Of a DNA stretch of 64,000 nucleotides, positions 20,377-27,830 are shown piece by piece. Source of the stretch: a candidate division WOR-3 bacterium (GTDB taxonomy: Bacteria; Hydrothermota; Tepidihabitantia; SM23-42). The position numbers and the translations under genes were made by a program. Where the stretch lies: the NCBI GenBank assembly GCA_027026255.1, contig JALVOT010000017.1, forward strand, positions 177,670-241,669, in the 5' to 3' direction. The notes below the pieces were generated by a model. That model saw only the letters and a list, made by a program, of their open reading frames with translations. It did not search any database and was not told the origin of the DNA. Position 1 is the stretch's first letter. Each line of letters starts with the position of its first letter.

Positions 20377-21209
20377 TACCGTTTACTCCTTTGATAAACG
20401 AGAATCACATTTCCCAGAATAATAAATAGAACAAGCAGTGCATGAACAATTGACTGGGAATCCATACCGGCAAGTGCTCGACCCCTTCTTTTAACCAGGG
20501 TTTCATATTCCGCAGCACCCTTTAATCCACCCATAAGCCCCACCAACTGTCCTGATGCAAGATATGGATATTGCTGGGGAGCCATAATCGCTGTGGTTGC
20601 TGCACAGACCGGAATCCCGAATCGGGCGTGGAAATAGATAATCCAGTGCAGGACCCCGGGATCACCGGCTGATAAACTCATCACCAGCGCCATATCCCGG
20701 GCCGACTTCACCTCTTTACCCAGGGGCAAAGAATCGATCGGCACTCCAGCATAATCAGTTTTAACCATATCACCGACATTTTTCCCTAGGCTGAGCAGCA
20801 TCACCGGACCGCCTGGTTTATATCCTACATTAATATAATCAACTCCATACTTTTTATTGTAATGTGCCCCGATATTTTCCAATGCCATATTACCCAGGGG
20901 AGTTCCTGCGGGCCATAATGCAAGCATAAAGATGCGTAGATTTTTTCGAAAGCAGTGTTCAAGAAATGCCTCGGTTGCAGGATAAAGTTCCGCCTCACTT
21001 CCCGGGTCATAATCAATGGAAACAACCACCACCGAACCTTCAGGCAGGGACTCTACTTTATCATATATATTCTTAACCGGCTTTGTAATATCCACGGGCA
21101 GACCGATCGGGATAAGCAGCGGAACAATTACTGCAACGGCAACCAATAAAAAGATAATTCTTCGATCTAAAGCGGACAATCGGGCAAGTATATTATTCAC
21201 CTGCCCCAT
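20376..21209 (-). CDS. Bitopic membrane protein. Paralogue of 474..1337.
   Basis: The start is trimmed to the Met (MGQVNNILARL...) whose ATG overlaps the upstream stop. This is the same coupling as in the + strand copy. Confidence 0.6.
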   Translation of the reverse strand: MGQVNNILARLSALDRRIIFLLVAVAVIVPLLIPIGLPVDITKPVKNIYDKVESLPEGSVVVVSIDYDPGSEAELYPATEAFLEHCFRKNLRIFMLALWPAGTPLGNMALENIGAHYNKKYGVDYINVGYKPGGPVMLLSLGKNVGDMVKTDYAGVPIDSLPLGKEVKSARDMALVMSLSAGDPGVLHWIIYFHARFGIPVCAATTAIMAPQQYPYLASGQLVGLMGGLKGAAEYETLVKRRGRALAGMDSQSIVHALLVLFIILGNVILVYQRSKR

Positions 21210-21210
21210 A

Positions 21211-21834
21211 CTACTCCTTACCTCCGCCCATATAACTTCTCTCAATCCCTAATAAGACCCTCAAGCCCATAGAAATCATACCCAGGTCAATACCGAATAG
21301 AATTCCCCTTTTTGCTGCGGTATTGGGAACAGTCATTATCCATTCAACCAGATTGGGAAATCCATGCCAGATCCAGTAACCGATTGGAACCCGGCCGATC
21401 ATTACAAGCACGGCGGCAATCAAAAGCAGGGTCGCCTCAGGACTTCTGGCTCGAAACGCCCGAAATGCTGCTGAGGCGACAAAGAACGCCAGCAGTGAAA
21501 ACATCGTCGCACCCAAGGGAATCTGAACATTTTTGTAAAAATATAAAAACAATCCACCTTCGGGTCCGCCGATAAAACCGGCTGCCATCATAACCAGGAG
21601 GCAGATTAAAAGAATGATGCTGTACTGCCAATCCCTTAATCTTCTCTGAATCTTTTCAAGATTTATCTTAATGATATTAAATATTCCGATAAAGATAAAG
21701 AATGCCATCACCCCAATATACCAGTTCTGAAAGGTCTGGGATGTATCCTGAATTCCTTTCAAGGGAATAAAGAAACTTACCAGCATAAAGAAACCAAATC
21801 CAAAAACCACGATTATCGGTAAAATACTTTTCAT
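21211..21834 (-). CDS. Polytopic membrane protein. Paralogue of 1..477.
   Basis: 207 aa with 5-6 TM helices. Confidence 0.65.
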   Translation of the reverse strand: MKSILPIIVVFGFGFFMLVSFFIPLKGIQDTSQTFQNWYIGVMAFFIFIGIFNIIKINLEKIQRRLRDWQYSIILLICLLVMMAAGFIGGPEGGLFLYFYKNVQIPLGATMFSLLAFFVASAAFRAFRARSPEATLLLIAAVLVMIGRVPIGYWIWHGFPNLVEWIMTVPNTAAKRGILFGIDLGMISMGLRVLLGIERSYMGGGKE

Positions 21835-22913
21835 TATCTTGTTGTCTTAAAAAGGTTATAAAAATATTGATTGCCTAAGAGTCTTGTAATAACGCCAATC
21901 ACAATCACCAGAATAAATATCAGTTTGCCAAAATCCTGTCCTTTTAAAGAGCCAATTTGAATCGGTTCCTGGGATAGATAGGCACTTGCCGCATAAAGCT
22001 CTTCACCGAGCAGGGTGTAATCACAGGCCGCCACGAAGAATGGTAATTGATCAGGCATCGCCGTTCCTGCAATCTGGATTGCGCCGGTATAATGTCCGGT
22101 CTCAGCCAGAATGAGTGATTCTGCATAAAAGCAGCCGAGATAGAGATTGGTTGCCGGTTTCTCTCGAACCATCATACCATCCACCGCAGAGACATAACCG
22201 AACTGGTCGTCAGTAAGATACCGGATATTATCGGCATTAAACCAGTCAGGTCTTCCCACCTTGGTCGCTGACTCTTTAACTACCTGCTGCGCCATACTCA
22301 TCGCCATCGCCTTACTGGTCGGCACATAAAGTGGGGTGCCGTATTCTGCAGTCTTTTCCGCAACCCTGGCAAGGATACTCATCGCGGCAATGGTCTGGGG
22401 ATTATCGATATCCATTATCCCGGGGACAAACAGCACCGGCTTACCCATCTCAGTCGCCCGACCGATCGCCTCTTCGACCGCTGTAAGGGCTGGAATCTTT
22501 CTGATGTATAACTTTTCACCCTTGCGGGCACGGGAAATGTAGAAAAGAATTACGGCGAACAGGATAATCATACAGACGGCAATATTCAGACGGCCAAGAT
22601 TGAAAATCTGGGCAATCGGCCTTACCGGCCCCGCAGTATTTGAAAAAAACACCGTATCCAATCCGGCGCCTTTGATGCGATAATAATATTTAGTTCCGGC
22701 CTTTACCGCGGTATCCACATAGGTTGTCTTACCCGATTCAACCCGGGCGATCTCTTTAAAATCATGCTCCGGGAAGATACTGCGCAGGATTTGATAACTA
22801 CTTATTAATGTATCACTACTCCAGGACAGTGTAATACTGGAACCGTCGTCATTGGGTGTATCATAAACATCAAGACTTATCCCCTGCACCAGTATTAATA
22901 ATATCAAAAACAT
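21834..22913 (-). CDS. Membrane protein with an N-terminal fibronectin-III-like domain, two TM segments and a central domain of about 200 aa. First gene of the long minus-strand array.
   Basis: 359-aa ORF. The FN3-like region is SITLSWSS...YYYRIKGAG, followed by a TM helix LNIAVCMIILFAVILFYI. A leaderless sigma70 promoter lies immediately upstream. Confidence 0.5.
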   Translation of the reverse strand: MFLILLILVQGISLDVYDTPNDDGSSITLSWSSDTLISSYQILRSIFPEHDFKEIARVESGKTTYVDTAVKAGTKYYYRIKGAGLDTVFFSNTAGPVRPIAQIFNLGRLNIAVCMIILFAVILFYISRARKGEKLYIRKIPALTAVEEAIGRATEMGKPVLFVPGIMDIDNPQTIAAMSILARVAEKTAEYGTPLYVPTSKAMAMSMAQQVVKESATKVGRPDWFNADNIRYLTDDQFGYVSAVDGMMVREKPATNLYLGCFYAESLILAETGHYTGAIQIAGTAMPDQLPFFVAACDYTLLGEELYAASAYLSQEPIQIGSLKGQDFGKLIFILVIVIGVITRLLGNQYFYNLFKTTR

Positions 22914-22959
22914 TATATTATAATATTCAAATTTAAATAAATGTCAAGATGTAGAGGTT

Positions 22960-23364
22960 CTTACTCCTCTCCACTTTTTTCATTGTGCCTCCCGGATTAA
23001 TTGCAACGGTATTCTGGACAGAATAAATTTCCCTGAGATTATTAAACCAGGACGAAAAATACTCAACAACTTCGTTTTACTTTTTTATATTATTTTATTG
23101 GTCATTTGAAAAATTTCTCTACCATCTTTACTTGGTCCCATTTTCTCAGCGCGGACGGCATTTCCATTTTCTCAGCGCGGGCGGCGTTTCCATTTTTCTC
23201 AGCGCGGGCGGCGTTTCTCATTTTTCTCAGCGCGGGCGGCGTCCCCGCCGCCCGCTGGAGGTTTATCATTCCTGCAGCCCGCCAGGCGCCCTGCCTCGGG
23301 ACGGGACGCCCCCCGGCTATATTGTACTTACAAAAAGCCGGGACAAAAAGTGGAGGGAAATCAG
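22960..23364 (+). repeat. Repeat element copy A. It is full length and carries four 27-bp tandem units.
   Basis: Left terminal inverted repeat (TIR) CTTACTCCTCTCCACTTTTT, right TIR AAAAAGTGGAGGGAAATCAG. Internally, TTTTCTCAGCGCGGGCGGCGTTTCCAT-type units repeat four times and end in the hairpin GCGGGCGGC-gtcccc-GCCGCCCGC. Confidence 0.85.
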
Positions 23365-23523
23365 GTAGAGGTTTAAAACATTGCATCCATCCCAGGAAAA
23401 ATTTTTGAGGTGAAGAAGGATGTCTGTTCAGCAGAAATTATTCTAAAATAACTTCCTTGACTTTCCGATAAAATTTGCTAAACTAACTCACCAATTAACA
23501 ATAAAACTTTTAAAGGAGGTCTG

Positions 23524-24672
23524 ATGGAATATTTTCTTACGGACGAAGAAAAAGAATTAAAAAAACGGATTAGAAAATTTGCCGAAGAAAAGATTCTTCC
23601 GGTGCGTGATAAACTTGATGAAGCTGCAGAATTTCCCTATGAAATAATTAAAGAGATGGGGAAACAGGGATTCTTAAAAATATTTATTCCCAGGGAATAT
23701 GGTGGAACCGGTGCAAGGATTATGGATATGTGCATCGCCTGTGAAGAGGTTGCCCGGATATGTGCCGGCGTAGCAACCGCATATGCAGTTGGTGCCTTGG
23801 GTTCGGGACCAATCGTCTACTTTGCCAGCAAAGAACAGAAACAAAAATACCTCCCCCGAATCGCCACCGGAGAAATGCTCTGTGCCTTCGGCCTTACCGA
23901 AGCCCAGGCGGGAAGTGATGTTGCCAATATCCAGACCACCGCAACGAAAGAGGGTGACTATTATATATTGAACGGGGTGAAACAGTTCATCTCAAATGGC
24001 AGTATTGCCGATGTCTATGTGGTGCTTGCAAATACTGATAAATCGCGTGGACCGAGAGGAATCTCAGCCTTCATTGTTGAAAAGGGTATGCCAGGATTCA
24101 CATTCGGAAGGGAGGAGAATAAACTCGGAATCCGCGCTTCAACCACAACCGAACTTGTCTTTGATAACTGCAAGGTGCCCGGGGAAAATTTAATGGGCCG
24201 GGAAGGTGCCGGCTTTATCTATACGATGCGTAACTTTGATCGCGCCCGTCCGGGGGTTGGTGCCATCGGCCTTGGTATCGCCCAGGGGGCGTTCGAATCG
24301 GCACTCAATTTCGCCTATAACCACCAATTAATGAGTAATCAATATATACAATCGCGTCTTGCTGATATGGCAACCCGGGTCGAATCCGCAAGGGCACTTT
24401 TATATGCTACAGCCCGAATGATCGACGCCGGAATAAAACGATTCTCAATGGAATCTTCATTTGCCAAACTCTACCTTTCAGACCTGGCAATGCAAACGAC
24501 CCGTGAGGCGATTGAAATCTTCGGACCCTATGGACTATTAAAGGAATACAATATAGAGAAGATGCTACGCGACGCCAAAATTACCCAGATTTATGAAGGA
24601 ACAAATGAAATCCAGCGCAGTGTTATTGCATTAGAGCTTATCCATAATATGGATAAAATGGCAAAGGAGTAA
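23524..24672 (+). CDS. Acyl-CoA dehydrogenase.
   Basis: 382-aa ORF with the ACAD signature regions (YGGTG, GEMLCAFGLTEAQAGSD, C-terminal YEGTNEIQRSVIA). Confidence 0.9.
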   Translation: MEYFLTDEEKELKKRIRKFAEEKILPVRDKLDEAAEFPYEIIKEMGKQGFLKIFIPREYGGTGARIMDMCIACEEVARICAGVATAYAVGALGSGPIVYFASKEQKQKYLPRIATGEMLCAFGLTEAQAGSDVANIQTTATKEGDYYILNGVKQFISNGSIADVYVVLANTDKSRGPRGISAFIVEKGMPGFTFGREENKLGIRASTTTELVFDNCKVPGENLMGREGAGFIYTMRNFDRARPGVGAIGLGIAQGAFESALNFAYNHQLMSNQYIQSRLADMATRVESARALLYATARMIDAGIKRFSMESSFAKLYLSDLAMQTTREAIEIFGPYGLLKEYNIEKMLRDAKITQIYEGTNEIQRSVIALELIHNMDKMAKE

Positions 24673-25751
24673 TGATGGAATTAAATCAAACCGCAGCCTT
24701 AATCAAAAATGAATTGAGAAAATTTGCCCAGGAAGTATTACTGGAAAAGGCGGATGAACTGGATAAGAACCGCACCTTTCCCGAAGACAGCTTACAAAAA
24801 CTTGCAGAAATGGGAATCCTTGGTGCCCTGCTACCTGAAGAATATGGTGGAGCGGAACTTGATACACTCAGTTTTATACTGGGACTTGAGGAATTGAGTA
24901 AGGTCTGTCCTTCTACTGCATTTATAATCCTTATCCATAACTGTCTATTCTCAATGCCCATTTTAAAATCAAATAAATCAGAATTAAAAGACCGCTATCT
25001 CAAGCCATCAGCCACCGGAGAAATCATCGGCGGGTTTACGGAAAATCATACAAATAATATTGATTCCAAAAAGGTCTCTGACAAATACATAATTAATGGG
25101 AAAAACCCCTTTCTTTTTAACGGTGCTGCCCGGGGTCCATTTATCGGTCTCATTCCGGATTCAGAAAATCTAAAACTCTTTATCGGCACTAAAGAAAAGT
25201 CCGGGATAAAGATATCCCCCAATCTCCGTTCCCTCGGACTCAATGCCGGCGGAATTTGTGAGGTTCAATTTAATGAATACGAAATAACCGAATCAGAAAT
25301 TATTGATGAGCCGGGATTATTATCTGAAATAAACAGCCTGGTTCAACTTGGCCTTGCTGCAATCTCGCTGGGAATTGGAGAAGGGGCAACCGAATATGCG
25401 GTCAAATATGCCCGGGAAAGAGTTCAATTTGGTAAATCAATCATCAATTTCGGTATGGTTCGGGAGAAACTTGCCTGGTGCTTTACAAGGATTGAACTGA
25501 TCAGGGCGCTGCTCTACGACACCGCATCTAACTTTAATGAAAAAAAGAAAACCGGCCCGGCGATCCTGAAATATTATGCGGGTAAATCCGCAGTTGAAAT
25601 TACTACCCGGGCAATCCAGGTTTATGGTGGATATGGATATATGAAGGACTATCCGGTGGAACGCTATTTCCGTGATGCCCAGATGATAAATGTTCTATTC
25701 CATACTCCGATTGAACTTGAAGAAGAAATCGTCAAAAACAGCATCGAATAA
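24672..25751 (+). CDS. Divergent acyl-CoA dehydrogenase-like protein.
   Basis: 359-aa ORF with ACAD-like N-terminal (LPEEYGGAELD) and C-terminal (AIQVYGGYGYMKDYPVERYFRDAQM) regions, but degenerate central motifs. Its start overlaps the upstream stop. Confidence 0.6.
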   Translation: MMELNQTAALIKNELRKFAQEVLLEKADELDKNRTFPEDSLQKLAEMGILGALLPEEYGGAELDTLSFILGLEELSKVCPSTAFIILIHNCLFSMPILKSNKSELKDRYLKPSATGEIIGGFTENHTNNIDSKKVSDKYIINGKNPFLFNGAARGPFIGLIPDSENLKLFIGTKEKSGIKISPNLRSLGLNAGGICEVQFNEYEITESEIIDEPGLLSEINSLVQLGLAAISLGIGEGATEYAVKYARERVQFGKSIINFGMVREKLAWCFTRIELIRALLYDTASNFNEKKKTGPAILKYYAGKSAVEITTRAIQVYGGYGYMKDYPVERYFRDAQMINVLFHTPIELEEEIVKNSIE

Positions 25752-25862
25752 AATAGCGGCTAAATCGAACCAGAACAAAACAGCAAAAAGGATGAAATAA
25801 AGAAGTTATACGAGAAAACGGAAAAATTTAAAAAACCAGACAGCCTAAATATCATCCGGTAA

Positions 25863-26897
25863 TCAATATAGTGCAATTCTTTCTTTTAAAAACTCGGGTG
25901 AAAGTTTACCTTCCGACACCAATCTCCTTTTTGACTGTTCAAGGTTTTGCATGCCAAACTGACGCCCGGTCTGGATTACCGATTCAATCTGATGTACCTT
26001 TTCCTCACGAATCAGATTGCGCACCGATTGGGTTGCAATCATAATTTCAAATGCCGCAACCCGACCGGAGCTGTCCCGGCGTGGATATAGCCTCTGGGCA
26101 ATCACCGCCTGCAGTGATTCAGAAAGTTGCAGCCTGATTTGATTCTTCTGACCGGCAGGGAAGATATCAATTATTCTTGTGATGGTCTTGGCGGCGCTTG
26201 ATGTGTGCAGGGTAGCAAAAACTAAATGGCCGGTCTCAGCCGCGGTCAGGGCAAGTGAGATTGTCTCCAAATCCCGCATCTCACCGACCAGAATATAATC
26301 AGGGTCCTGACGCAGGGCGCTTCTTAAGGCAATAGAAAAAGAGTGAGCATTGGTTCCCAATTCCCGTTGATTAACCACACATTTTTTTGAATGATGGATA
26401 TACTCAATCGGGTCCTCGATTGTGATAATATGACCTTCTTTATTAGAGTTTAGAAAATCAATCATCGCTGCCAATGTGGTAGATTTACCACTGCCGGTGG
26501 GTCCGGTAACAAGTATTAAACCATAATCAAGATTAATCACTTCTTTAATTATTCTGGGGAGCCCGATCTCTTCCATATCAGGAATTTTTGTCGGAATGAT
26601 TCTAAAGACGGCAGCCAGACCCTGCCTCTGATAAAATACATTCACCCGGAATCTTCCCAATCCAGAAAATTCTAAGGAAAAATCAATCTCCCTGGTCTTT
26701 TGCAATTCTACTTTTTGGCTTTCTGACAAAATCTGATTGATAAACATTTCGATGATTTCATTATCAAGTAATTCTTTATTCAGCGGCTGCATCCGACCAC
26801 ATACCCTCAGCATAATCGGAGAACCGGCGCTGAGATGGAGGTCACTCGCCTTCTGCTCAACTGAATATCCAAGTAATTCCCTGATATCATTCTTCAT
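25863..26897 (-). CDS. pilT: Type IV pilus retraction ATPase PilT.
   Basis: 344-aa ORF with the Walker A motif GPTGSGKSTT and PilT-type length and signature regions. Confidence 0.9.
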   Translation of the reverse strand: MKNDIRELLGYSVEQKASDLHLSAGSPIMLRVCGRMQPLNKELLDNEIIEMFINQILSESQKVELQKTREIDFSLEFSGLGRFRVNVFYQRQGLAAVFRIIPTKIPDMEEIGLPRIIKEVINLDYGLILVTGPTGSGKSTTLAAMIDFLNSNKEGHIITIEDPIEYIHHSKKCVVNQRELGTNAHSFSIALRSALRQDPDYILVGEMRDLETISLALTAAETGHLVFATLHTSSAAKTITRIIDIFPAGQKNQIRLQLSESLQAVIAQRLYPRRDSSGRVAAFEIMIATQSVRNLIREEKVHQIESVIQTGRQFGMQNLEQSKRRLVSEGKLSPEFLKERIALY

Positions 26898-27468
26898 ATT
26901 GTTTCTCCAATTCGATTATAATCTTCACATTCCCCTTCTTTTTTTGTTTACCATCTTTATCTTCAATCTCAATGACCGCCTGGTCGGCTCGTATCTCAAT
27001 CCTTTGCCTCTGTTTAATCGAGGTTTCAATTACCGCCTCCGTCCCTTTATGAAGAAAAAATTTATTGAGTATTTGTTCAATCTTAGCCGGGTCTGCCCCG
27101 GATACTACTACATCTTTATTGAGAGTCTTTTTAATTTTTTCAATAACCGAAATATTCGTCGGGTCACCGATAACTACATAAATCTTGTTCTCGGTCTGAT
27201 AAAGCGGCAGGATGCAGTTGTCCAGTAAAAGTTTTTCAGGGAATTTACTGATTAATTGATTATCGAACATCTCCGGATTCAATTGAACAAAAGGGATATC
27301 CGCCTGTTCACTCAACATCCAGAAAAGATCACTCGAAGATATATAGCCCAGTTCAATCAAAATTTCACCGAGGCGTTTTCCTTTCTCTTTCTGTAATTTC
27401 AAAGCGGTATCAAGCTGTTCCTGAGTAATAATTCCATACTTCACCATCATCTCACCCAGAAGAAACAT
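26887..27468 (-). CDS. Stand-alone T2SSE_N/MshEN-like domain protein (putative c-di-GMP receptor).
   Basis: 193-aa ORF with tandem 24-residue motifs YGIITQEQLDTALKLQ and RLGEILIELGYISSSDLFWMLSEQ. These match the MshEN consensus RLGxxLLxxGLLxxxxLxxxLxxQ. Confidence 0.65.
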   Translation of the reverse strand: MFLLGEMMVKYGIITQEQLDTALKLQKEKGKRLGEILIELGYISSSDLFWMLSEQADIPFVQLNPEMFDNQLISKFPEKLLLDNCILPLYQTENKIYVVIGDPTNISVIEKIKKTLNKDVVVSGADPAKIEQILNKFFLHKGTEAVIETSIKQRQRIEIRADQAVIEIEDKDGKQKKKGNVKIIIELEKQYEE

Positions 27469-27470
27469 TC

Positions 27471-27830
27471 CTATACCCCTATCAATTCAAAGACCTTGGA
27501 CTTCAAGGCACTGATATCAATCGGCTTGGTGATAAATGCCGCAACATCCGAAGTCTTAACCACCATATCATCTTCCATCAAACGATAGGCTGAGCATATA
27601 ATAATAGGAATATTCTTATTCCTTTCCCTTATCCGTTCAATCGCCTCAAGACCATGGGTCCCCGGCATCTTGATATCAATAATGAGCAGGTCAAATGATT
27701 CCCGGGTAATAAGTTTCACCGCCTCCCGACCATCAACCGCCTCACTTATGTCATAGTCATCTCCTAAGGTTTCCCTTAACAGGAGTCGAATCGACTCCTC
27801 ATCATCACAGACCAAAATCCTTTTCTTCAT
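27471..27830 (-). CDS. Single-domain response regulator (CheY-like receiver).
   Basis: 119-aa ORF with the receiver-domain residues DD...D...K (ILVCDDEESIR, LLIIDIKMPG, ITKP). Confidence 0.85.
   Translation of the reverse strand: MKKRILVCDDEESIRLLLRETLGDDYDISEAVDGREAVKLITRESFDLLIIDIKMPGTHGLEAIERIRERNKNIPIIICSAYRLMEDDMVVKTSDVAAFITKPIDISALKSKVFELIGV

Noticed and set aside
23140-23255. A possible CRISPR array, suggested by repeated about 27-bp units.
   Set aside because: The units abut directly without unique spacers, and no cas genes are present. It is a simple tandem repeat.
23102-23408. ORFs of 78-100 aa (MKNFSTIF..., FSARAAF repeats) inside the repeat elements. Similar ORFs occur at 35357..35802 and 44879..45178.
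   Set aside because: They are produced by the 27-bp tandem repeats. Reading frame and length differ between copies because the unit count varies, they start at TTG, and the proteins are low-complexity. They are not coding.
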